This document shows positions 1-9,168 of a stretch of DNA of 55,604 bases, one piece after another. The notes beneath the pieces are model-generated. The model ran no database searches. It was not told the DNA's origin and worked only from the letters and a program-made list of their open reading frames with translations. The stretch's first letter is position 1. Every line of letters begins with the position of its first letter. The stretch is from Chloroflexota bacterium. Its GTDB lineage: Bacteria > Chloroflexota > Limnocylindria > Limnocylindrales > CSP1-4. Made by a program: the position numbers and the translations under genes. The stretch is taken from positions 1 to 55,604 of the forward strand of contig PLZO01000029.1 in the NCBI GenBank assembly GCA_003152165.1, read 5' to 3'.

Positions 1-344
1 CCTTCGAGGATCGACAGGTGGGCCGTCTCGCCGGTCTCGTGGCTGACGCGCTCGAGGACCGGGTGGGCAACGTCGCGGAGTAGGATCAGCTGGATGGGCC
101 GTCGTCTGTAGAGCCGTATGAGCGCGGGACCGCGCCGGTAGCGGCGTCCGGCGGGGGAGCGCATCGCGAAGCCGTGGGCGAGGAATGTCGTCAACAGGCG
201 ATGAGCGGTGCTGGGCGCCACCGACAGGCGGCGGGCCGCTTCGGTGACCCCGATCGAACCATCCGCATCGGTGAGCACCCGCAGCAGGTCGAGCGCGGTG
301 CTCACGGACCTTAGCTCGCCTTTCGGACGGTCAACATTTCGCAT
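1..344 (-). CDS. IclR-family transcriptional regulator, 5' part (gene continues past the left window edge)
   Basis: Edge-truncated, so absent from the ORF track. The reverse complement from the ATG at 342-344 reads MRNVDRPKGELRSVSTALDLLRVLTDADGSIGVTEAARRLSVAPSTAHRLLTTFLAHGF...HPVLERVSHETGETAHLSILEG. That is an IclR winged-HTH plus the start of the effector domain. It is divergent from the hyuA-like operon. Confidence 0.8.
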   Translation of the reverse strand, partial: MRNVDRPKGELRSVSTALDLLRVLTDADGSIGVTEAARRLSVAPSTAHRLLTTFLAHGFAMRSPAGRRYRRGPALIRLYRRRPIQLILLRDVAHPVLERVSHETGETAHLSILE

Positions 345-430
345 AGCGGAACTCAGTTTGACAGCATTTGCGACGGCCGGTCACTGTGAGCCGAAAGAGC
401 CCAGGTAACCACATTCCGTAGGGGAGAACC

Positions 431-2539
431 GTGGCCTTGACCAGCCCAGCACGGCCCCGCTACACGATCGGCGTCGACATCGGCGGCACGTTCACCGACG
501 TCGTCGTCCTGGCCGCCGACGGCGCGGTCTCGACGAGCAAGGCGCCGACGACACCGGCTGACTTCTCCGGCGGTGTCCTCGACGCCATCCGCGAGGCGGC
601 CGTCGGGCTGGGTCTCGGGATGGCCGAATTCCTCGCCCGGACGGACCTCGTCAAGCACGGCAGTACCGTCGCTACCAACGCCTTGATCACTCGTCGGGGT
701 GTCACCGTCGGCTTGATCACGACCCGCGGCTTCGAAGACACGACCCTGATCATGCGCGCGGTCGGCCGGGTCGACGGTCTGCCGGAAGAGGAGGTCCGGC
801 GGGTGACGTCGATCACCAAGCCGGAGCCGCTGGTCCCGTCGGAGCGGATCCGGGGCGTCTCGGAACGGATCGATGCGGAAGGCGAGATCGTCGTGCCGCT
901 CGATCACGACGGCGTTCGGGCTGCGGTCCGGACACTGGTCGAGGACCTCAGCATCGACGCCTTGGCGGTGAGCCTGCTCCACGCCTGGCGCAACCCTGTC
1001 CACGAAGCGGCGATCGAGGCGATCGTCAGGGACCTCTACCCGGATGGCCGCCTCTTCGTCAGCCTCGGCAGCCGGTTGAGCCAGGTGGCCGGTGAATACG
1101 CCCGGGCGAACACGGCGATCGCCGACGCATTCGTCGGCCCGACCGTCCGGCGATACCTGTCCAGCCTGGAAGCGCAGCTCCGGGCCGACGGGTTCGCCGG
1201 ACGGATCCTCGTCATGCAGGGCAATGGTGGCCTAACCATTCACGAGCTGGCCACCCCAATCTCCACCCTCCAGTCCGGACCGGCCGGCGGCATGCTCGCC
1301 TCCGCGCTCATGAGCGAGGTGCTCGGCCACCGCCGAGCGATCACCGCCGACATGGGTGGCACGAGCTTCGACGTGGGGATCGTCGACGGTGGCTACTGGC
1401 GCTACGCGGACGAACCGGTCTTCGAACGATTCCGCATCCTCCAGCCGATCACGGGCATCACGTCGATCGGTGCCGGCGGCGGGACGATGGCGCGGGTCGA
1501 CGAGGCGACTGGCCGGCTCCTGGTCGGGCCGGAGAGTGCCGGGGCTCGGCCCGGGCCGGTCTGCTACGGCCTCGGCGGCGAGATCCCGACGGTGACCGAT
1601 GCCGATCTGATCCTCGGCTACATCGACCCGGACTACTTCCTCGGTGGGCGGCAGCGGCTCGATCTGGGGGCCGCCCGGGCGGCCATCCACCAGCAGCTCG
1701 GCAAGCCGCTCGGGCTCAATCTGGTCGAAGCGGCGGCAGGGATCGTCCGGATCGTCGACAGCAAGATGTCCGACCTGATCCGCCGCGAGGTGATCCGCAG
1801 CGGGCGGCGGCCGGATGAGTTCGTCCTGTACGCCTTCGGAGGTGCCAGCCCGGTCCACGCCGTCGGCTATGCCCGCGACCTCGGCGTCCGCGAGATCATC
1901 GTCTTTCCGACATCGCCTGTGTTCAGCGCCTTCGGGATCGCCGGCGCGGATCTCGTCCACACCCGGCTCGCCACCCGCGCCTATCCACTGCCGATGCCGT
2001 CCGCGACCCTCAACGCGGATCTCGAGGCACTCGAGTCGAGCCTGGCTGCCGAGCTCGGCCGGGACGGTCTCGACGAGGCGCCGGAATTCCGCCGCTACGT
2101 CACCCTCCAGTTTCGTCGCCAGAGCACCGGCGAGGAGATCCCGCTGCCCTGGGACCGCTTCACGGACGAACGGGTGGCCGCCCTGCCGGACATCTTCGTC
2201 GAGCACTACGAGCGGCTCTACGGCAAGGGCATCGCCTATGCGGAGGCCGGGCTCGACATCGCCGGGCTCCGGGTCGATGCCGTTGGCCGTGTCGCCAAGC
2301 CAGAGCTCCGACCGACCGAACCCGGCGTGGTATCGGTCGGCGAGGCGAGGAAGGGCGAACGCGATGCCTGGTTCAGTGGCCGTTTCGTCGCGACTCCCGT
2401 CTACGACGAAGCGCGACTCGGGACGGGTGCGCGCCTAGACGGTCCGGCGATCGTGGAGTCGCCGTTCACCACTGTTGTCGTGCCGCCGGGCGCAAGCCTG
2501 GCCGTCGATCCTTATCGCAACCTCGTGATCCGCCCATGA
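431..2539 (+). CDS. hyuA: Hydantoinase A / oxoprolinase / acetone-carboxylase-beta-type ATPase subunit
   Basis: 702 aa. IGVDIGGTFTDVV and a later DMGGTSFDVG motif are typical of the HyuA family. GTG start after GGGGAG; the stop overlaps the next start (ATGA). Confidence 0.9.
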   Translation: MALTSPARPRYTIGVDIGGTFTDVVVLAADGAVSTSKAPTTPADFSGGVLDAIREAAVGLGLGMAEFLARTDLVKHGSTVATNALITRRGVTVGLITTRGFEDTTLIMRAVGRVDGLPEEEVRRVTSITKPEPLVPSERIRGVSERIDAEGEIVVPLDHDGVRAAVRTLVEDLSIDALAVSLLHAWRNPVHEAAIEAIVRDLYPDGRLFVSLGSRLSQVAGEYARANTAIADAFVGPTVRRYLSSLEAQLRADGFAGRILVMQGNGGLTIHELATPISTLQSGPAGGMLASALMSEVLGHRRAITADMGGTSFDVGIVDGGYWRYADEPVFERFRILQPITGITSIGAGGGTMARVDEATGRLLVGPESAGARPGPVCYGLGGEIPTVTDADLILGYIDPDYFLGGRQRLDLGAARAAIHQQLGKPLGLNLVEAAAGIVRIVDSKMSDLIRREVIRSGRRPDEFVLYAFGGASPVHAVGYARDLGVREIIVFPTSPVFSAFGIAGADLVHTRLATRAYPLPMPSATLNADLEALESSLAAELGRDGLDEAPEFRRYVTLQFRRQSTGEEIPLPWDRFTDERVAALPDIFVEHYERLYGKGIAYAEAGLDIAGLRVDAVGRVAKPELRPTEPGVVSVGEARKGERDAWFSGRFVATPVYDEARLGTGARLDGPAIVESPFTTVVVPPGASLAVDPYRNLVIRP

Positions 2540-4776
2540 CTGGAACGACTGAGACGACCGCACCTACCCGGATCGACCCGGTCGACTACGAGATCTTCGC
2601 CCACCGGTTGTGGGCGATCGGAGAAGAGGGCCGGATCGTCCTCCAGCGGGTAACCGCCTCGCCGATCGTCGCCCAGGGCGGCGAATGCATGTGCTCGTTC
2701 TACGACGTCGGCGGGACGATGATCCTCGCCTGCTCCGGCCATCTCCGGTTCGCGTCCGCCACTTCGGATGCGATCCGCCGGATGATCGAGTGGTTCGACG
2801 ACGATCCGGGCATCCACGAAGGTGATGAGTTCATCATCAACGACCCCTACGTCGCCGGCTCGCACACCTACGACGTCATGCAGATCGCGCCGATCTTCCA
2901 CGTCGGCCGGCGGGTGGGCTGGATCGCCTCAAGCTCGCACACCTCCGACACGGGCGGAGTTCTCCGCGGCGCCGCCACCGAGATCTTCCACGAAGGGATC
3001 CGAATTCTGGGTCTGAAGATCGTCGAGGGCGGCATCTTCCGACAGGACGTCTTCAAAACCATCGTCGAGCAGTGCCGCGACCCCCATTACGTCGGCATGG
3101 ACATCAAGTCGCGAACGGCGGCCAATGTCGTCTGTGCCCGTGGCTACGCGTCCCTGATCGAGCAGTTCGGGATCGACTTTGTTCAGGCGGCCGGGGCGAA
3201 GCTGATCGCCGACGCGGAAGCGATGGCACGACGCAAGCTGGCATCGATCCCGAATGGCACGTGGCGCAGCCGGATCTACGGCTCGGCCCGGAATCACGCC
3301 ACTCGGGCGTCCGATCCGTACCAGGTCATCTGCACGGCGACGAAGCGCGGCGACGAACTCGAGCTCGACTTCGCGGGATCCAGCGACCAGCTGACGAGCG
3401 ACCAGAACTCGACCCTGCCGAGTACGACCGCGCACGTCGCCATCGCCCTGACCAATCAGCTGTTTTGGGACGTGCCGTGGAGCGATGGTCGCCTGGCGCC
3501 CGTCCGGATCATCGTCCCGGAAGGCTCGGCCCTCAACTGCCGCTTCCCCGCGGCCTGCGGGCGGTCGCCGCGGATCGGCCAATACGTCGTCGAGGCGGTC
3601 CGCGAGTGCCTGACGAAGATGCTCTTCGCGGCCGGCCATGACGACGACATCAACGCCAGTTGGGGCGCCTTCTGGTACCTGGGCGGTCCAGGCTTCTTTT
3701 ATGGCGGCCACAATCGCCGCGGCCTGCCGAACCCGCAGGGCCTCTACGACATCCACGGCGGCGGCCTCGGCGCCGCCCCAACCCGCGACGGTGTCCCCAC
3801 CGGCGGCCAGATGAACATCCCGTCGGGCGGCATCAGCGACGTGGAGCGGGTCGAGCTCCAGTACCCGTTCCTCTACTTCAGCCGGAACCACGCCGTCGAC
3901 GGCGGTGGGGCCGGACGCTGGAACGGCGGGACCGGCAGCGCCCGCCTGCTGATGGTCCATGGGTCGCAGGACCTGTCGGTGGACTACGCTCCGTACGCCG
4001 GATTACCGCATGGGGCATTCGGGTTGTTCGGCGGCTATCCCGTCGGTACGGGGGGCCTGCGGGCGATCCTCGAACCTGCGGCCGGGTTCCGCCAAATGCT
4101 TGCCGACGGCTCGTATCCGGCCGACGCGACCGAGGCGACCGCCGACGAGATCGCCCGGGTCTCGCTGCCGCCAGAGGGCTCCGGTCGCGTGCCGGTCCCG
4201 GAGGGCCATCTCCTGTCGGACTTCACCCAGGGCGGCGGCGGCTATGGCGATCCGTTGGATCGCGAGGCGGAGGCCGTCGTTCGCGACGTGCGCCGTCACG
4301 TCGTCTCACGCCGTAGCGCGGACGTGATCTACGGTGTGGTCCTCGACGAGCAGGGGAGCCTCGATGCCGCGGCGACGGACGCCCGGCGGGTGACCATCCG
4401 CGCCGAGCGCCGGACAGGAGTGCGGTCGGCGATGTCGGCGACCGCGGGTAGCCCAACCGATGCCGCGCCGGACGGTCCGCTCCTGCGCTTCCACGAGACG
4501 CTCGAGATCGTCGGGACCGGGGCCAACGCGGCCGTCCGCTGCCGCCGTTGCGGGGAAGGACTCGGCCCGGCGACCGACAACTACAAGCGCTACGCCCTCC
4601 GCCGTGACCGCCCGCTCGACGAGCTAGCGGGCCGCGCCATGCCGGATGGTAGTGCGTACCGGGCGGTCCTGCGTGAATACGCCTGTCCCGGTTGTGCCAC
4701 GCTCCTCCAGGTCGATGTGTGGTGCGCGTCGCTCGGTGGTGAGGAGGACCTGTGGGACATTCGGATCGATCGCTGA
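2536..4776 (+). CDS. hyuB: Hydantoinase B / oxoprolinase-type subunit with a C-terminal acetone-carboxylase-gamma-like Zn-ribbon extension
   Basis: 746 aa. The HyuB core (INDPYVAGSHTYDV ... GGGGYGDPLDR ... YGVVLD) is followed by about 135 extra residues (nt ~4369-4773) carrying CRRCGE ... CPGCATLLQVDV. Confidence 0.85.
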   Translation: MTGTTETTAPTRIDPVDYEIFAHRLWAIGEEGRIVLQRVTASPIVAQGGECMCSFYDVGGTMILACSGHLRFASATSDAIRRMIEWFDDDPGIHEGDEFIINDPYVAGSHTYDVMQIAPIFHVGRRVGWIASSSHTSDTGGVLRGAATEIFHEGIRILGLKIVEGGIFRQDVFKTIVEQCRDPHYVGMDIKSRTAANVVCARGYASLIEQFGIDFVQAAGAKLIADAEAMARRKLASIPNGTWRSRIYGSARNHATRASDPYQVICTATKRGDELELDFAGSSDQLTSDQNSTLPSTTAHVAIALTNQLFWDVPWSDGRLAPVRIIVPEGSALNCRFPAACGRSPRIGQYVVEAVRECLTKMLFAAGHDDDINASWGAFWYLGGPGFFYGGHNRRGLPNPQGLYDIHGGGLGAAPTRDGVPTGGQMNIPSGGISDVERVELQYPFLYFSRNHAVDGGGAGRWNGGTGSARLLMVHGSQDLSVDYAPYAGLPHGAFGLFGGYPVGTGGLRAILEPAAGFRQMLADGSYPADATEATADEIARVSLPPEGSGRVPVPEGHLLSDFTQGGGGYGDPLDREAEAVVRDVRRHVVSRRSADVIYGVVLDEQGSLDAAATDARRVTIRAERRTGVRSAMSATAGSPTDAAPDGPLLRFHETLEIVGTGANAAVRCRRCGEGLGPATDNYKRYALRRDRPLDELAGRAMPDGSAYRAVLREYACPGCATLLQVDVWCASLGGEEDLWDIRIDR

Positions 4777-5987
4777 GCAACGTCGCCGCCGCGACGGCCG
4801 TCGCGGCCGCCACCGGCGCCCCGCTCCGCGGCGTCCGCGTCCTCGAGCTGGCCAGCTATGTCACGGGGCCCTACGCCTCGGCACTACTGGCGGACATGGG
4901 CGCCGACGTGGTCAAGGTCGAGGAGCGGACGCAAGGTGATCCATTCCGTGGCTGGGGCAAGGGCGGCTACAGCCCCACGTTCCGCTCCGTCAACCGCGGC
5001 AAGCGCAGCCTCGCGATCGACCTCCGGACGGACGCCGGCAGGGAGGCCGCCCAGGCCATCGCGGACCGTGCCGACGTCCTGATCGAGAACTACCGACCGG
5101 GGGTCGTCGATCGGCTGGGTCTTGCCTACGCCTCCGTCCGGGCCCGCAACCCGCGCATCGTCTACTGCTCGATCTCCGGTTTCGGGTCCAGCGGCCCGTA
5201 CCGCGACCGGCCCGGGTACGACACCGTGGGCCAGGCAATGAGCGGGCTCCTCGGTCTGCTGACCGACTTCGAGGCTCCGAAGGCGATGGGTATCTCACTG
5301 TCGGACCACATCACCGGGATCTTCGCTTGTACCGGGATCCTGGCCGCGCTCGTCGGTCGAGGTGCGACGGGCCCAGGCCGCCGTCTCGAGACGTCGCTCC
5401 TCCAGGCGACGACGGCCTTTGTCGCGGAGAACGCCGCCCGCTACTTCGACGACGGCGAGGTTCCCAGCCGGGCGACGCGGGCTCGAATCGCCCAGGCCTA
5501 CGCCTTCGTCGGCGGTGACGGCGGGGCGTTCGTCATCCACCTGTCCTCACCCCCGAAGTTCTGGCAGGGTCTGACGGAAGCTGTCGGCCGGACCGACCTC
5601 CGGGACGACCCGCGGTTCGTCGATCGTGCCGCCCGCGTCCATCACTACGACGAGCTCCAAGCGATCCTCGACGGGATCTTTGCAACGGAGCCGCGCCGGA
5701 CCTGGCTGGACCGACTCGAGGCGAGCGACGTCCCAGCCGGTCCGATCAACCGGCTCGACGAGGTCTTCGACGACCCCGGTGTCCAGGCGCTGGATCTCAT
5801 CCAGACAGTCGTCCATCCGACGGCCGGGCCCATGCGCCTCGTCGGCAGCGGGGTCACGCTCGAGGGTCATGACGAACGGACGATCGGGCCGCCGCCGCGC
5901 CTCGGCGAGCACAGCGAAGCGATCCTCCGCGAGGTCGGCTACACGGATGAGGCGATCGCAGGGCTCCGGGCCCGTGAGGTGATCTGA
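4752..5987 (+). CDS. Family III CoA-transferase (CaiB/BaiF type)
   Basis: 411 aa. The N-terminus LRGVRVLELASYVTGPYASALLADMGADVVKVE and ENYRPGVVDRLGL are classic for the family. GTG start after GAGGAGGA. Confidence 0.9.
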   Translation: MGHSDRSLSNVAAATAVAAATGAPLRGVRVLELASYVTGPYASALLADMGADVVKVEERTQGDPFRGWGKGGYSPTFRSVNRGKRSLAIDLRTDAGREAAQAIADRADVLIENYRPGVVDRLGLAYASVRARNPRIVYCSISGFGSSGPYRDRPGYDTVGQAMSGLLGLLTDFEAPKAMGISLSDHITGIFACTGILAALVGRGATGPGRRLETSLLQATTAFVAENAARYFDDGEVPSRATRARIAQAYAFVGGDGGAFVIHLSSPPKFWQGLTEAVGRTDLRDDPRFVDRAARVHHYDELQAILDGIFATEPRRTWLDRLEASDVPAGPINRLDEVFDDPGVQALDLIQTVVHPTAGPMRLVGSGVTLEGHDERTIGPPPRLGEHSEAILREVGYTDEAIAGLRAREVI

Positions 5988-5989
5988 CG

Positions 5990-6751
5990 ATGCGGACGAA
6001 GCTGGGCAAGGCCGAATCGGATCGGGTGCTCGTGCGGGGGATCGATCTCACCGCCGAGCTGCTCGGTTCGACCACATACACGGAGATGGTCGGCCTGATG
6101 CTTCTAGGCCGGCGACCGACGGCGGCGCAGACACGGATGCTCGACGCCCTGCTCGTCGTCCTCGTCGAGCACGGCCTGGTCAAGCCCGTCGTGGCGGCCA
6201 GGTTCGTCTATAGCAATGCGCCGGAGTCGCTCCAGGCCGCCGTCGCCGCTTCGCTCCTCGGCGCCGGGAGCCGGCACCTGGGCTCGTCGGAATGGTGCGC
6301 CATGGTCCTCCAGGATGCGCTCGCAGCCGGCTCGACCGACGAGATCGAGGCGGTCGCCGTCCGGATCGTCGACGAACATGCCGCCAAGAAGGAGCGGGTG
6401 CCCGGGATTGGTCATCGGACCCACGCCGGCGGCGACCCCCGCGCCGAGCGCCTGTTCGCGATCGCCCGTGAGACCGACAGCTACGGCCGTTACTGCGCCC
6501 TCCTCGAGCGCGTCTCGGCCCTTGCCTCGGAGCGGGGCGGCCGGCTCCTGCCGGTCAACGTCACGGGGGCGATCGCCGCGATCGCGAGCGACATGGGATT
6601 CCGCTGGCAGATCACCCGGTCGTTCGCCCTGATCGGACGCGTCCTCGGAGCCCTGGCCCACATCCAGGAGGAGATGGACGACCCGATCTCCGACGAACTG
6701 ATCCGCCTGGTCCAGCGCTCGGTCGACTACGAGCCCGACCCGAGCGACTGA
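5990..6751 (+). CDS. Citrate-synthase-fold protein, citryl-CoA lyase-like (short form)
   Basis: 253 aa. LVVLVEHGL ... GAGSRHLG ... VPGIGHRTHAGGDPRAERL resemble the catalytic core of citrate synthase and Ccl without the large N-terminal domain. Confidence 0.7.
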   Translation: MRTKLGKAESDRVLVRGIDLTAELLGSTTYTEMVGLMLLGRRPTAAQTRMLDALLVVLVEHGLVKPVVAARFVYSNAPESLQAAVAASLLGAGSRHLGSSEWCAMVLQDALAAGSTDEIEAVAVRIVDEHAAKKERVPGIGHRTHAGGDPRAERLFAIARETDSYGRYCALLERVSALASERGGRLLPVNVTGAIAAIASDMGFRWQITRSFALIGRVLGALAHIQEEMDDPISDELIRLVQRSVDYEPDPSD

Positions 6752-6754
6752 AGA

Positions 6755-7819
6755 TCAGGCGAGGACCGGCTGCGGTTCGCCGACCCTGTCATGGCCGGGA
6801 CCAACGGCTTCCTCACCGGCGACCGGACCATGCTCCACCCAGGCCGCCTCGATAGCCACCGGGGGGTGATAGCCGGCCACCCGGCGCATGAGCCGACGGA
6901 TCCGGAGACCCTCGAGCGGGCCCAGGGCGTAGAGCGGCATTCGTGTGAGCCAGACGGCACTGCCGAGGCTGACGGCATCGGCGCCGGCCCAGAAGAACTC
7001 GCGACAGTCGTCGAAATCCCGGATCCCGGCGGTCGCGATGATCGGCAATCGGATCCCGGCGTCGCGCAGCTCGGCGACGACGCGCAGGCCGATCGGTTTG
7101 ATCGCCCGGCCGGAGATGCTGCCGAAGCGGTTCTTCATGAACGGCTCGCCGTTCTCCGGATCCACTCGGAGTCCCTTGACCGCGTTGATCGCGGTCAAGG
7201 CCGCGATGCCCCTCCGTTCGGCTAGTTTGCCCTGCTCGACGTAGTCCTCGTCCGGCGACAGCTTGAGGATCACCGGGTGGCGCGACAGCGGGACCGCCTG
7301 GGCGAGGATCTCCTCGAGGATCGTCTCGAACGGGAAGTTGACGTTGTGGCAGGAGACGTTGAACTCGACCGCAGCGATATCACCCGGCTTGGCCCGCCGG
7401 TTGACCGTCTCGACGAGGGTGCACAACTCCTCGGCCGAGAACCCGCCGACGGAGATGATCCGGTTCTGGTCGCTCGTCCGCGGGTAATACTCGTCGAAGT
7501 ACGCCTCGATCCCGATGTTGCACCAGCCGAAGGCGTTCATCCAGCCGCCGTCGACGCGTCGGAGGGCCTTGGCGTAGAGCCGGAGCATCGCCGGGAACTC
7601 GGTCAGGCTCCAGTCGTCGCGGAGGCTGAAGTGACCTTCGCGCGGCTCGACGGTCAGGGTCCGGGTCGTGACCGCGCCGAACCCGTCGAGCGGGACCCAT
7701 TGGGCGATTGGGCTCAGGCCGTACAGGATCAGCTTCTTCTTCGAAGCCCCGTAGCCGAGCATACTGGCCGAGGTGAGAAGGCGGTTGCGAAGCTGGATCC
7801 CGTTGAGGTCGATTGTCAT
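6755..7819 (-). CDS. Class-1 dihydroorotate-dehydrogenase-fold flavoprotein, divergent paralogue
   Basis: I start it at MTIDLNGIQLRNRLLTSAS (ATG 7817-7819) rather than the longer track ORF. AAVEFNVSCHNVN and GSISGRAIKPIGLRVV...IIATAGIRDFDD...AGADAVSLGSA parallel the PyrD motifs seen at 21107-22063. It has an atypical N-terminal half and a C-terminal tail. Confidence 0.7.
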   Translation of the reverse strand: MTIDLNGIQLRNRLLTSASMLGYGASKKKLILYGLSPIAQWVPLDGFGAVTTRTLTVEPREGHFSLRDDWSLTEFPAMLRLYAKALRRVDGGWMNAFGWCNIGIEAYFDEYYPRTSDQNRIISVGGFSAEELCTLVETVNRRAKPGDIAAVEFNVSCHNVNFPFETILEEILAQAVPLSRHPVILKLSPDEDYVEQGKLAERRGIAALTAINAVKGLRVDPENGEPFMKNRFGSISGRAIKPIGLRVVAELRDAGIRLPIIATAGIRDFDDCREFFWAGADAVSLGSAVWLTRMPLYALGPLEGLRIRRLMRRVAGYHPPVAIEAAWVEHGPVAGEEAVGPGHDRVGEPQPVLA

Positions 7820-7829
7820 GACCGGAAGC

Positions 7830-8063
7830 CTACCCGGCGCGCCAGTCGGCCGTGATGGAGCGGGGGAGCGTCGTGCTCTCCTTCGGCTCGCCGCACTTCT
7901 CCTTGAACTCTCTGCGCAGATCGTCAAGGATGTGGCGCAGGTCCCGATAGCGCTCGCCGCCGACACCGCCCTGGCTGACCTTGATCCAGAGGCTTTCGAA
8001 CTCGGCCTGGAGCGTGTCGATCTGGGCCTGCATCGCCTCGCAGTCCGTCATCGTTTCGGCCAT
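7830..8063 (-). CDS. Small hypothetical protein (77 aa, predicted helical/coiled-coil)
   Basis: Strong GC3 codon bias. It ends 10 nt before the DHOD-like start. I recognise no family. Confidence 0.5.
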   Translation of the reverse strand: MAETMTDCEAMQAQIDTLQAEFESLWIKVSQGGVGGERYRDLRHILDDLRREFKEKCGEPKESTTLPRSITADWRAG

Positions 8064-8137
8064 CGTGCATCCTCGCTGTCAGCTGTCGGGTCAAGTGTTG
8101 TGAGTCGGGACTGCCCGGGGGTCCTAATAGAACTGTA

Positions 8138-8184
8138 TCCCGTTCGGGCCCGGCCGCGGTGGGGAGCGGAGCGACCGAACGGGA
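8138..8184. promoter_or_regulatory. Perfect 10-bp inverted repeat TCCCGTTCGG-N27-CCGAACGGGA in a divergent intergenic region
   Basis: Arms at 8138-8147 and 8175-8184, between the small ORF/DHOD-like unit (-) and the LLM operon (+). Possible operator or RNA hairpin. Confidence 0.3.
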
Positions 8185-8283
8185 CCGGAACGTCGCGAGC
8201 AACCTTGTGTGTGCAACGGCATACTGTCACCGGCACCACCGGGTGCGGACCTGCGGCGGCGTCGCCAACAGAGGAGGACGCGG

Positions 8284-9168
8284 ATGCGACTCGGCATCGG
8301 CCTGCCGACCTATCTCGGCAACGTGATCGACTCGCGGACGGTGCTTGACTGGGCCCGCAGGGCGGAGAAGGCCAGCTTCGCGGCCGTTGCCGTCCACGAC
8401 CGCCCGCACGCCGACACGTGGGACCCGCTGGCAACGCTTGCCGCCGTCGCTGCCGTGACCGAGCGCGTCCGCCTTGCCACCGCCAGCATCATCCTGCCCA
8501 CGCGCGATGAGGCGCTCCTCGTCAAGCAGGCGGCGGTCGTCGACCGGATCTCGGGCGGTCGGCTGGACCTGGGGGTCGGTGTCGGCGCGCGGGCCAATGA
8601 CTTCGAGCTGTTCGGCCGCCCGTTTGCCGGTCGGGGCCGCGAGTTCGAGCGCCAGCTCGCGCGGATCGACGAACTGTGGGCTGGCGCCGTCGCCTCGGAG
8701 AAGAGCGGCACGCAGCTCGGCCCAGCCCCGATCCAGCGCCCGCGCCCGCCGCTTTGGGTCGGCGGCTATGCGCCGGCGGCGATCGATCGAGCCGTCCGCT
8801 ACGGCGACGGCTACATCTTCGGCGCCGCCGGTGTCGCCGGGATGGCCGCGAAGATTCCCGTGATCCGCGAGGCGGCGGCCAAGGCCGGCCGGTCCGACTT
8901 CCCGATTGCCGGGCTCGCCTATGTCCTGCTGAGCACCGATGCCGGCGAGATCGCGGATGCCGAATTGCTGCTCACCCGCTATTACCAGCACCTGCACAAG
9001 CCATTCAACGACCTCGTCGCGGTCGGCGACGAGCGCGCCATACAGGCGACCCTCGCCGCGTACCGCGAGGCCGGGGTGGATCGTCTTTACCTGATCCCCG
9101 TGTCGCGTTCGGCCGACCAGATCGAGCGGATAGCCGCCGTCGCCGACGTGCGTCCGGAGGGAGCGTGA
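8284..9168 (+). CDS. LLM-class (luciferase-like) flavin/F420-dependent oxidoreductase
   Basis: I start it at MRLGIGLPTYLG (ATG 8284). AVHDRP, LATASIILPTRD and RLDLGVGVG are typical of the LLM family. Confidence 0.85.
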   Translation: MRLGIGLPTYLGNVIDSRTVLDWARRAEKASFAAVAVHDRPHADTWDPLATLAAVAAVTERVRLATASIILPTRDEALLVKQAAVVDRISGGRLDLGVGVGARANDFELFGRPFAGRGREFERQLARIDELWAGAVASEKSGTQLGPAPIQRPRPPLWVGGYAPAAIDRAVRYGDGYIFGAAGVAGMAAKIPVIREAAAKAGRSDFPIAGLAYVLLSTDAGEIADAELLLTRYYQHLHKPFNDLVAVGDERAIQATLAAYREAGVDRLYLIPVSRSADQIERIAAVADVRPEGA

